A stretch of 51,366 bases of DNA from an uncultured Gammaproteobacteria bacterium (GTDB lineage Bacteria > Patescibacteriota > Patescibacteriia > Patescibacteriales > JAKAJF01). The notes beneath the pieces are model-generated. The model was not told the origin of the DNA. It made no database searches and worked only from the letters and a program-made list of their open reading frames with translations. Position 1 is the stretch's first letter; every line of letters begins with the position of its first letter. Shown here piece after piece: positions 8,542 through 17,104 of this stretch. The stretch covers positions 1 to 51,366 of the forward strand of contig CAYHWE010000003.1 of NCBI GenBank assembly GCA_964360445.1, read 5' to 3'. The position numbers and the translations under genes are program-made.

Positions 8542-8774
8542 CTGTCATCCTCGCGAAAGCGGGGATCCAGGGTTGATCAGTATGGAGATGAAAATTGCAA
8601 AATAAAATTAGAAAGCAATAAGTATAAATTTATATACCAAAGAAATTTAATAAAAAAATGGAAGATGATTGATTGAAAAAGAAAATCCAATCCGGGGGAT
8701 GTCTACAATGATTTACTTTAAATTAAACTTCGTTCCGACTTACCCTGGATCCCCGCTTTCGCGAGGATGACAGA
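8542..8774. mobile_element. MITE-like element with perfect 32-bp terminal inverted repeats
   Basis: CTGTCATCCTCGCGAAAGCGGGGATCCAGGGT (8542-8573) is the exact reverse complement of 8743-8774. About 170 bp of AT-rich non-coding filler lies between them. Each arm folds into a GAAA-loop hairpin. Confidence 0.65.
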
Positions 8775-8784
8775 GAAGAAAAGT

Positions 8785-9564
8785 ATGAAATATTTTCTGG
8801 TTTGGAAACAATTAGCGAATCTTGCGATCAGTTCTTATTTTTCGAACAGGATTGATACGTTTAGTTATTTTTTAGGAAAAATAATACGTTTTGTTTTTTT
8901 CTTAGTTTTTATTATTGCCATCTTTAATTACACAGATAGGTTTGCCGGATATGATAAGAATGAGATGATCTTGTTTTATTTGACCTTCAATCTTTTAGAC
9001 ACTTTAGCGCAGGCATTTTTTCGTGGCATTTATATCTTTAAGAATGATGTCAGGACTGGGAATTTTGATTTCCTGATTTCAAAGCCGATAAATTCGTTAT
9101 TTTATTCCTTATCAAGGATGGTGGATATTTTGGATATCGTTTTGATTGTGCCATTGGCTATCCTGATCGCTTATTATGCGGATCTTGCGCAAATCCTGAC
9201 TCTATCTAATCTGCTTTTTTATTTGATGTTTATTGTTTTAGGTCTTCTTGTGGCTATCGGGTTCCATATTATTTCTGCCAGTTTTGTAATATTATTTATT
9301 GAGAGCGAGTCTTTTATTTGGTTGTATCGGGATTTATTGGCAATCGGCCGTTTTCCGCCTGAAGCTTTTTCTTCTATCATTCAGGTCATATTTACATACG
9401 TTATTCCGATATTCATAATAACCGCTTTTCCCGCCAAAGCTTTGCTCGGGATGCTGGATTTCGAGACAGTTATTTTTACGCTAGTTTATGTCTTCGGATT
9501 CTTTACGCTATCAATCTTGATTTGGAATAAAAGTTTAAAACATTATTCAAGCGCGAGCAGTTAA
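8785..9564 (+). CDS. ABC-2 family transporter permease (type B)
   Basis: A multi-TM protein. The ORF opens at 8767 inside the inverted repeat, so the ATG at 8785 (MKYFLVWKQLANL) is preferred. The C-terminal end is LKHYSS. Confidence 0.7.
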   Translation: MKYFLVWKQLANLAISSYFSNRIDTFSYFLGKIIRFVFFLVFIIAIFNYTDRFAGYDKNEMILFYLTFNLLDTLAQAFFRGIYIFKNDVRTGNFDFLISKPINSLFYSLSRMVDILDIVLIVPLAILIAYYADLAQILTLSNLLFYLMFIVLGLLVAIGFHIISASFVILFIESESFIWLYRDLLAIGRFPPEAFSSIIQVIFTYVIPIFIITAFPAKALLGMLDFETVIFTLVYVFGFFTLSILIWNKSLKHYSSASS

Positions 9565-9568
9565 ATTT

Positions 9569-10366
9569 ATGCAAAAATATCTAACAATCATAAAAATTAC
9601 ATGGCAGAGGGCGCTGACTTATCGCTTCTCGGTTTTTTCATACAGGATGGGGGAGATGATAGAGAATCTGGTTTTGATCCTGATGTGGTCAGTCGTTTAT
9701 GCTAATGGCCAGCAGAGCATAAAAGGTTACGATTTTAATGAGATGATCACTTATGTGTTGATGGGTAATCTGATCAATGTGATTGTCAGGAATTGGCTTT
9801 ATAATGTTGTTGCTAATGATATTAAGAACGGCACATTGTCGCAATTCTTGGTCAAACCGATTGAATATTTCCGCTATATAATAGTAAGGGAGATCGGAAG
9901 GATTTCTTTTGCATTTGTCATTTCCGTAGCAACCAATTTAACCTTGATATTATTGTTCTATAAGATATTTTATCTTAATGATGATATCTTGGATTTGTTG
10001 GTGATATTTTTAATCATAATTTTTGCATTCATTTTTGAACTGCTGCTTTCCTATTTGATCGGCCTGATCGCTTTTTGGATCGATGAGGTGGATGGCGTTT
10101 TCTTGACGATAGATCGAATAAAGAAGTTTTTTTCCGGAGGTTATTTTCCGATCACTTTATTGCCGGTCGTTTTTGTGAAAATCAGCTTTCTTCTGCCATT
10201 CGCGTATTCCTATTTCATCCCTACGCAGATTTATTTGAAAAAAATGGATTTAATGACCGGTGTTAAGGGAATCGGTGTGCAGCTTGTCTGGATTATGTTA
10301 TTATATTTAATAATAAATATCGTTTGGAGAAGAGGAATGAAGAAATATGAAGGAGTGGGAATATAA
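9569..10366 (+). CDS. ABC-2 family transporter permease (paralog A2)
   Basis: MQKYLTIIKITWQRALTYRFSV ... MKKYEGVGI, collinear with the 7718 gene. Confidence 0.7.
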   Translation: MQKYLTIIKITWQRALTYRFSVFSYRMGEMIENLVLILMWSVVYANGQQSIKGYDFNEMITYVLMGNLINVIVRNWLYNVVANDIKNGTLSQFLVKPIEYFRYIIVREIGRISFAFVISVATNLTLILLFYKIFYLNDDILDLLVIFLIIIFAFIFELLLSYLIGLIAFWIDEVDGVFLTIDRIKKFFSGGYFPITLLPVVFVKISFLLPFAYSYFIPTQIYLKKMDLMTGVKGIGVQLVWIMLLYLIINIVWRRGMKKYEGVGI

Positions 10367-10400
10367 CGCTTCAAACAAAATTAAATAAATTCTATCTATT

Positions 10401-11375
10401 ATGTCTATCATCGAAGTAAAAAAGTTAAATAAGACTTACGAGTATTATAAAAAACAACCCGGGCTTTTAGCGTCCGTAAGGGGATTGTTTAAGCGGGAAA
10501 AGCTGTTTACTGAGGCTGTCAAGGATATTAGTTTTGATATCAAAGAAGGGGAGTTTGTCGGCTTTTTAGGCCCGAATGGCGCCGGAAAGACGACGACCTT
10601 GAAGATGCTTTCTGGTATCTTGCATCCTACGAGCGGAGAAGTTAAGGTTTTGGGCTATATTCCGCATAAGAGGCAAAAGGAATACCAGAAGCAGTTCGCT
10701 TTAGTCATGGGGCAGAAAAATCAGCTTTGGTGGGATTTGCCGGCTATGGAAAGTTTTATCCTGAATAAAGAAATTTATGAAATTCCGGATAAGGCATTCA
10801 AGGAGAATCTGGATGAACTGGTCGAACTCTTGGATATCAAAGACATTTTAGATGTGCAGGTCCGAAAATTATCTTTGGGTCAGAGGATGAAATGCGAATT
10901 GGTCGCGGCGCTCCTGCATAAGCCGAGAGTGTTATTCTTGGATGAGCCGACAATCGGTCTGGATGTCGTTGCCCAAAAGAATATCCGTGATTTCTTGAAG
11001 AAATATAATAAAGAGAAGAAGACGACCATAATCCTGACCTCGCATTATATGGATGATATCAGGGAATTATGCGAGAGGGTCATTATTATAGATCATGGCA
11101 ATATGGCTTATGACGGCGATCTGGATAGCTTGATCAAGAAACATGCTCCGCATAAAGTTTTAAATGTGACTTTTAATGATACCGTCCAAGAGGATGCTGT
11201 AAAAAAATTCGGCATTATCAAGAATTATAATCCGTACTCTGTTTCTTTTGAGGTTGACCGTGAAAAGGTGAAAGATGTCGCCAAGGATATCCTTTCGTCT
11301 GATTTGCCGGTTGATGACATCATGATTGATGAGGTTGATATTGATGATGTTATCAGGAAAATATTTAAAAGATAA
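10401..11375 (+). CDS. ABC transporter ATP-binding protein
   Basis: Walker A GPNGAGKTT, signature LSLGQRMK, Walker B VLFLDEPTIGLD and H-loop TSHYM are all present. Confidence 0.92.
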   Translation: MSIIEVKKLNKTYEYYKKQPGLLASVRGLFKREKLFTEAVKDISFDIKEGEFVGFLGPNGAGKTTTLKMLSGILHPTSGEVKVLGYIPHKRQKEYQKQFALVMGQKNQLWWDLPAMESFILNKEIYEIPDKAFKENLDELVELLDIKDILDVQVRKLSLGQRMKCELVAALLHKPRVLFLDEPTIGLDVVAQKNIRDFLKKYNKEKKTTIILTSHYMDDIRELCERVIIIDHGNMAYDGDLDSLIKKHAPHKVLNVTFNDTVQEDAVKKFGIIKNYNPYSVSFEVDREKVKDVAKDILSSDLPVDDIMIDEVDIDDVIRKIFKR

Positions 11376-11395
11376 GTTTTAGAAATTGGAAATTT

Positions 11396-12886
11396 ATGGC
11401 TAATTTATTCGAGAAACAATTTAAGATCGCTTTGTTGTCTATTTTCGTGGCAGAGGTTTTTTCTTTGCTTGGATATTTTTTCCCGGCCATAAATAAATTT
11501 GGATTTTTAGTCTTGATCTTAGCTGCCTTAATCCTGGCTATCCATAAATTAGAATACGGAATCTGGATCGTATTGGCGGAATTGTTTATCGGATCAAAGG
11601 GTTATTTGTTCTTTTTTGAACATGATATGTTTACAGTTTCTATCCGCATCGCCTTGTGGCTCATCATTATGCTGGTGTGGTCAGGAAAGAAGATCCTGCA
11701 TTTCCGGCAAAATAAAATTTCATTTTTCAACTCCCGATTTTTTCCTTATTTTTCGGTTTTATTTATTTTTATCGGCTGGGGACTGATCAATGGTTTTTTA
11801 AGCAAGAATTCATTGGGTAATATTTTTTTTGATTTTAACGGTTGGCTGTATTTTGCTTTGATTTTTCCGATTTATGATGTTTTTTTGAAAGAAAAAAGAG
11901 GACAGATATCGACCCTGATCCAGATTTTTACAGCTTCAGCGCTGTGGCTTTGCCTGAAGACCTTTGTTTTGCTTTATCTGTTTTCCCATAATATCGGATT
12001 ATTGGAAATTTACAGATGGATCCGGAATACCGGCATCGGAGAGATTACGCAGATGCAGGGCGGCTTTTATAGGATATTCATCCAGTCGCATTTGTTTGTT
12101 TTGATCCTATTTTTCCTATCTCTCACTTTGATTTTTAATAATTTGAAAGCCGGTGTTTTGAGAAATAAGGGAAATTTGCTTGTCTTATTTTTGTCACTTT
12201 TCAGTTTAACAACTATACTGATCGGCTTCTCAAGGACATTCTGGGTCGGGCTGGTCGTCGGGCTTTTAGGGCTTTATTCGTATTTCATTATCAATAAGGC
12301 TAAGTTGAAAGAGTTAGCCAGTTTCACGGGCGTCTTGTTGGGGGTGGCGGTCTTAAGCGTAGGACTTGTAGCACTATTGGTAAAATTTCCATATCCTGAT
12401 CCTTTGGGCGGATTCAATACTAGAGACCTGTTTTCAGAAAGAGCGAGCCAGTTCAGCGGAGAGGCTGGAGTTTCATCAAGATGGGCATTACTGCCAAGCC
12501 TGGCAAAAGAGATAAAGGCCGCGCCTGTCCTAGGCAAGGGGTTCGGCTCGACTGCGACATATAAATCAAGCGATCCAAGGGTTTTATCTGTTGACCCGAG
12601 CGGAGAATATACGACTTATGCTTTTGAATGGGGATGGTTTGATATCTGGTTGAAATTGGGCTTATTGGGATTTTTGACGTATGCATTCCTTATTTTCAGG
12701 ATATTTGCCGCCGGGCTGCAGCTGGATAATCTGCTTATAACCGGATTCATATTTGGACTTTTGGTCTTAAGCGCGGTTAATTTTTTCAGCCCATATTCCA
12801 ATCATCCCTTGGGTATAGGCTTTCTTATGATAATCAGCGTAATAATAGACAAAATAAAAACAGAGGCCGCTGCGCCTATTGCATAA
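11396..12886 (+). CDS. O-antigen ligase/polymerase-like (Wzy_C-type) integral membrane protein
   Basis: 496 aa with more than 10 TM segments. A FSRTFWVGLVVGLLGL block is followed by a large loop (GEAGVSSRWALLPSLAKEIKAAPVLGKGFGS), typical of the O-antigen ligase family. Confidence 0.6.
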   Translation: MANLFEKQFKIALLSIFVAEVFSLLGYFFPAINKFGFLVLILAALILAIHKLEYGIWIVLAELFIGSKGYLFFFEHDMFTVSIRIALWLIIMLVWSGKKILHFRQNKISFFNSRFFPYFSVLFIFIGWGLINGFLSKNSLGNIFFDFNGWLYFALIFPIYDVFLKEKRGQISTLIQIFTASALWLCLKTFVLLYLFSHNIGLLEIYRWIRNTGIGEITQMQGGFYRIFIQSHLFVLILFFLSLTLIFNNLKAGVLRNKGNLLVLFLSLFSLTTILIGFSRTFWVGLVVGLLGLYSYFIINKAKLKELASFTGVLLGVAVLSVGLVALLVKFPYPDPLGGFNTRDLFSERASQFSGEAGVSSRWALLPSLAKEIKAAPVLGKGFGSTATYKSSDPRVLSVDPSGEYTTYAFEWGWFDIWLKLGLLGFLTYAFLIFRIFAAGLQLDNLLITGFIFGLLVLSAVNFFSPYSNHPLGIGFLMIISVIIDKIKTEAAAPIA

Positions 12887-12965
12887 TTTTAGCATTTACT
12901 GTATATTAAAAACTATATTTATTACTTATATTAATTCAATGGGCTCATTTTGAGGCCCGTTTACA

Positions 12966-13125
12966 GGGATACCGCTGAATACCATATTCGGCCTAAATTA
13001 CCAAATTTTGGTAAATTTTTTTAAAAATTTTTTCAACAATATCTTTATATTTTCTCAAAAATTTTTAAGAAAATTTCCTCAAAATTATGGCAATTTATGC
13101 TCGAAAGAGCATTCAGTGGTATCCC
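12966..13125. repeat. 15-bp inverted repeat pair flanking the greA upstream region
   Basis: GGGATACCGCTGAAT (12966-12980) pairs with ATTCAGTGGTATCCC (13111-13125), complementary except for one G-T pair. Confidence 0.5.
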
Positions 13126-13134
13126 TTGCAAAAT

Positions 13135-13593
13135 ATGAACGATCAAATCATCTCCAAGGAAGGTTATGAAAAACTTAAAAAAGAGTTAGAACTTTTGACA
13201 ACAGTAAGAAGGAGAGAAATCGCCGATCGCATCCAGCGAGCCAAGGACATGGGGGACTTGAGCGAGAATGCCGAATATTCAGAGGCTAAAGACGCGCAGG
13301 CGTTTAACGAAGGCAGGGTTGCTGAATTATCCGCTCTGCTGAAAAATTTAACGGTTGTTGATAATGGCGGAGCGAAAGACAGGATCAGCCTTGGCTCGGA
13401 TGTTACAGTCGAAGTCAATGGAGAGGAGAAAATTTATAGTATCGTTAGTTTTAATGAAGCTGATCCATTGGCTGGAAAAATTTCAAACGAATCTCCGTTG
13501 GGCCGCTCTCTGCTTGATAAAAAGAAGGGCGACCAAGTCACGGTCACAACTCCTAAAGGTCAAAACACTTACAAGATCAAAGACATAAAATAG
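13135..13593 (+). CDS. greA: Transcription elongation factor GreA
   Basis: ISKEGYEKLKKELELLTTVRRREIADRIQRAKDMGDLSENAEYSEAKDAQ plus the C-terminal FKBP-like domain. The ATG at 13135 is preferred over the ORF start at 13087, which runs through the repeat. Confidence 0.9.
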   Translation: MNDQIISKEGYEKLKKELELLTTVRRREIADRIQRAKDMGDLSENAEYSEAKDAQAFNEGRVAELSALLKNLTVVDNGGAKDRISLGSDVTVEVNGEEKIYSIVSFNEADPLAGKISNESPLGRSLLDKKKGDQVTVTTPKGQNTYKIKDIK

Positions 13594-13597
13594 CCCA

Positions 13598-13704
13598 GAA
13601 ATTACAAATCTTAACGCAAATACACAAACAAGAAGCTTCTTTTACGAGAGGCTTTTCTTTTTTACCTAATATTTGTATATTTGTAGCCAATTTGTGATTT
13701 GTGG
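13598..13704. repeat. Inverted arrangement of ACAAAT/CACAAAT-type short repeats
   Basis: GAAATTACAAATCTTAACGCAAATACACAAACA faces AATATTTGTATATTTGTAGCCAATTTGTGATTTGTGG around the perfect palindrome AGAAGCTTCT. Confidence 0.5.
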
Positions 13705-13729
13705 AAGTTTTGACTTTAATCGAAAAATA

Positions 13730-13758
13730 GCTTAAAATAAATACATAATTTATTAGCC
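13730..13758 (+). promoter_or_regulatory. Candidate promoter for lysS
   Basis: TTGACT, a 17-nt spacer, then TAAAAT. Confidence 0.45.
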
Positions 13759-13830
13759 ATATTTAGAGGTAATATAGGCTAATTTTTCAGAATTTTAGAG
13801 CCAAAAAAGGCTGCTATTACAGTTAAATTT

Positions 13831-15300
13831 ATGGAGAATAAAAAAGTAAGTGAAAGGGATGAGCGTGTCAACAAGCTTAAAGAATTAAAAAATAAGGGGA
13901 TTAATCCATATCCTGCTAAGGTTAACAGGTCCCATGCGGTAAGTAACGCCTTGTTTGGATTTGATGAACTGCAAAAAAATGAAACCATAATCGATCTGGC
14001 TGGAAGATTAAGGAGCGTCCGCGAGCATGGCAATCTGACTTTTGCGCATTTGCAGGACGGCACAGGAATGATTCAGATCGCGATTTCCAAAAAAGAGATC
14101 GGTGTTGATGGTTATAAGGATTTTTTAAAGTTAATCGATACGGGAGATTTTATCGAAGTTAGAGGCGTTTGTTTTCTGACGCATAAAGGCGAAAAAAGCG
14201 TGATGGCGAAAGAGTGGAAAATCGCCGCGAAAACACTGAGGCCGTTACCGGATAAATGGCATGGCCTGCAGGATGAAGAAGATAAATTTAGAAAAAGGTA
14301 TCTGGATATTTTGTTTAATCCAGAGGTGCGTGAAATGTTTGAGAAAAGATCAAAGTTTTGGCGCGCCATCCGCGATTTTATGCTTGAGAAAGGATTTATG
14401 GAAGTCGAGACTCCGGTATTGGAGAATACGACGGGAGGAGCTGACGCAAGACCATTCGTAACCCATCACAATGCCTTGAATATTGATGTATATTTGCGCA
14501 TCTCTATGGGCGAATTATGGCAGAAGCGCTTGATGGTCGCCGGCTTTGAAAAGACTTTTGAAATCGGACGCCAATTCAGGAATGAAGGCATGAGCCCTGA
14601 GCATTTGCAGGATTATACCCAGATGGAATTTTATTGGGCTTATGCGAATTATGAAGACGGAATGAATTTGGTCAAGGATTTATACAGATACGTGGCGGAA
14701 AAAGCTTTCGGTACGCTTAAATTTACAATCGGTAAATTCGAGGTTGATCTTGGAAAAGAATGGGAAGTGTATGATTATACAGAAACTATCAGAAAGTTCA
14801 CTGGAATCGACATTGCAAATACTGATATCAAGAAAATTGAAAGCAAGTTAAATGAACTAGGGGTTGTCTATGATAAAAAGGGATTCAATATCACCCGCGC
14901 TATAGATAATTTATGGAAGTATTGCCGTAAGAATATCGGCGGTCCAGGATTCTTGATTAATGTACCGATCATAATGGAGCCATTGGCGAAGAGGATGGAC
15001 GATAACCCTGAATTAGTGCAGAGATTCCAGGTCATTTTGGCTGGCTCAGAAATGGGCAAGGGTTATAGTGAATTGAATGACCCAATTGATCAGGCTGAAA
15101 GATTTACCGGCCAGCAGGCTTTGCGTGAAGCTGGAGATGATGAAGCGCAGATGTTTGATCATGAATTCGTTGAAGCCCTGGAATATGGGATGCCGCCGAC
15201 ATGCGGTTTCGGAATGAGTGAACGCGTATTCAGCTTCTTGATGAATAAACCAGCCCGCGAATGCCAGATTTTCCCATTGATGAGGCCGAGAGGAGAATAG
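13831..15300 (+). CDS. lysS: Lysine--tRNA ligase, class II
   Basis: It has an OB anticodon-binding domain and class II motifs (FRNEG, ELNDP, GMPPTCGFGMSERV). Length is 489 aa. Confidence 0.95.
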   Translation: MENKKVSERDERVNKLKELKNKGINPYPAKVNRSHAVSNALFGFDELQKNETIIDLAGRLRSVREHGNLTFAHLQDGTGMIQIAISKKEIGVDGYKDFLKLIDTGDFIEVRGVCFLTHKGEKSVMAKEWKIAAKTLRPLPDKWHGLQDEEDKFRKRYLDILFNPEVREMFEKRSKFWRAIRDFMLEKGFMEVETPVLENTTGGADARPFVTHHNALNIDVYLRISMGELWQKRLMVAGFEKTFEIGRQFRNEGMSPEHLQDYTQMEFYWAYANYEDGMNLVKDLYRYVAEKAFGTLKFTIGKFEVDLGKEWEVYDYTETIRKFTGIDIANTDIKKIESKLNELGVVYDKKGFNITRAIDNLWKYCRKNIGGPGFLINVPIIMEPLAKRMDDNPELVQRFQVILAGSEMGKGYSELNDPIDQAERFTGQQALREAGDDEAQMFDHEFVEALEYGMPPTCGFGMSERVFSFLMNKPARECQIFPLMRPRGE

Positions 15301-15306
15301 CTTGAT

Positions 15307-15726
15307 ATGAAAGCGATGCTTTTTGGCACATTTGATTTACTGCACCCGGGCCATAAGAATTTATTCAGGCAAGCGAAAAAATATGCGGATCATGTAATCG
15401 TTGTTGTAGCTCGAGATAAAACCGTCCAGGAATTAAAAAAACGAAAACCGGCGCATGATGAAAAAAAACGGCTTGCGGCTGTAAAAGAATGCGGATTAGT
15501 TGATGAATTTCGTTTGGGGAGCTTGAATGATAAATATGCGGCGATAAAGAAATATAAGCCGGATCTGATTTTATTGGGGTATGACCAGAAATTTTTGATA
15601 GAAGGGCTGAGCGAAAAACTAAGAGAATTAGGATTGGGCAAGACGGGAATAATCAGATTAAAGCCGTATAAACCGAGTATTTATAAAAGTTCAAAAATAA
15701 GAAAAAATCGAATTCGTAATTTTTAA
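15307..15726 (+). CDS. Cytidylyltransferase-fold nucleotidyltransferase, RibL-like (archaeal-type FAD synthase family)
   Basis: GTFDLLHPGHKNLFRQAKKYADHVIVVVARDKTVQELKKRKP ... GSLNDK ... KPDLILLGYDQ parallels my recollection of M. jannaschii RibL block for block. Confidence 0.7.
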   Translation: MKAMLFGTFDLLHPGHKNLFRQAKKYADHVIVVVARDKTVQELKKRKPAHDEKKRLAAVKECGLVDEFRLGSLNDKYAAIKKYKPDLILLGYDQKFLIEGLSEKLRELGLGKTGIIRLKPYKPSIYKSSKIRKNRIRNF

Positions 15727-15742
15727 TTCGTAATTGATATAT

Positions 15743-17014
15743 ATGTTAGACCTAAAATTCCTCCGTGAAAATACAGAACTAATCAAACAAAACACGAAAA
15801 ACAGATTGTCAAGCGTGGATATCGATAAGCTATTGGAATTAGATAAAAAGAGAAGGGAAATGGAGGCAAAGATAGATGAATTGCGCGCTAAGAGAAACAC
15901 TTCCTCAAGGGTAAAGCCTACTTCTGAAATCATTGAGGAGATGAAAAAAATAGGAGACGAAATCAAACAAATCGAAGACGCAATCGTTCCTGTAAACACA
16001 GAGCTCAAACAATTATTGTTGGCTGTGCCTAATTTAACTCATCCGGAAGTTATCGTGAGTGACAATGAAGACGAGAATCCTGTTTTGGAAGTTTTTGGTG
16101 AACCGGCTAAATTCGATTTCGAGCCCAAAGATCATATCCAACTAGCTCAGGAATTGGATCTTATAGATTTCGATCGTGCCACAAAAGTGAGCGGCGCAAA
16201 ATTTTATTATTTGAAAAATGAATTGGCTTTGATGGAATTTGCTTTGATCCAGTACGCGTTAGAAACCGTTATGAAGCGCGGATTTACCCCGTTCATAACT
16301 CCGGACTTAGCAAAGAAAGATGTCTTGGAGTTGGTGGGATTCAATCCGAGGGGCGAATCGACTCAAGTTTATAATATTGAAAATTCTGATTTAAGCTTGA
16401 TCGGCACTGCGGAAATAACAATGGGCGGTTATTACATGGATGAAGTCTTGGATGAAGAGGATCTGCCAAAGAAATATGTAGCGGTTTCCCATTGTTTCAG
16501 GACAGAAGCGGGCTCTTATTCTAAATTTGCAAAAGGGATTTTCCGCGTCCATCAGTTTACAAAAATTGAAATGTTCCAATACGTGATGCCGGATAAAAGC
16601 GAAGAGGCGCACAAGGAGCTGCTAGATATTGAAAAAGAGGTCTTTAAGGGTTTAAATATCCCATTCAGGGTGGTTGATCATTGTACGGCTGATTTGGGCG
16701 CGCCATCATACAGGACATATGATTTAGAGGCGTGGATGCCGGGCAAACCAAGCAAGGAAGGCGGAATGGGCGATTGGGCGGAAATCACCTCTACTTCAAA
16801 TTGCATAGATTATCAATCAAGAGGCTTGAATATCAAATACAAGGCAAAGGATGGCAAGAAAGACTACTTGCATATGTTGAATGGCACCGCAATCGCCATT
16901 ACACGCGCCATGATCGCGATTTTGGAGAATAACCAGCAAGCAGACGGTTCAGTGATTATTCCGGAGGTTTTAAGGAAGTATATGGGTGGTAGGGAGAGAA
17001 TTAATAAAAAATAA
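15743..17014 (+). CDS. serS: Serine--tRNA ligase
   Basis: MLDLKFLREN plus a coiled-coil arm and class II core (FRTEAGS, GTAIAITRAMIAILENNQ). The ORF opens with TTG at 15734, so the ATG at 15743 is preferred. Confidence 0.95.
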   Translation: MLDLKFLRENTELIKQNTKNRLSSVDIDKLLELDKKRREMEAKIDELRAKRNTSSRVKPTSEIIEEMKKIGDEIKQIEDAIVPVNTELKQLLLAVPNLTHPEVIVSDNEDENPVLEVFGEPAKFDFEPKDHIQLAQELDLIDFDRATKVSGAKFYYLKNELALMEFALIQYALETVMKRGFTPFITPDLAKKDVLELVGFNPRGESTQVYNIENSDLSLIGTAEITMGGYYMDEVLDEEDLPKKYVAVSHCFRTEAGSYSKFAKGIFRVHQFTKIEMFQYVMPDKSEEAHKELLDIEKEVFKGLNIPFRVVDHCTADLGAPSYRTYDLEAWMPGKPSKEGGMGDWAEITSTSNCIDYQSRGLNIKYKAKDGKKDYLHMLNGTAIAITRAMIAILENNQQADGSVIIPEVLRKYMGGRERINKK

Positions 17015-17096
17015 TGTCATTTCGAATGAGCGAACGCGAGTGAGAAATCTCGGTAAGCGCGTCGGATGAGATCTCTCGCATCCGCTCGAGATGACA
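17015..17096. repeat. 82-bp palindromic TGTCAT...ATGACA element, copy 1
   Basis: TGTCATTTCGAATGAGCG ... GAGATCTCTCGCATCCGCTCGAGATGACA is about 85 percent identical to 20442-20522. It folds into a long imperfect hairpin. Confidence 0.8.
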
Positions 17097-17104
17097 AAAA
17101 AACT

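Noticed and set aside
8767-8784. The first six codons (MTEKKS) of the ORF-track call for permease B, and similarly 17066-17104 for the MazG-like gene.
   Set aside because: These codons lie inside palindromic repeat arms. The downstream ATGs give N-termini that match the paralogs or the family.
13759-13830. A possible T-box or lysine riboswitch leader upstream of lysS.
   Set aside because: The leader from the candidate promoter is only about 70 nt. It lacks a specifier/antiterminator architecture and the conserved T-box sequence.
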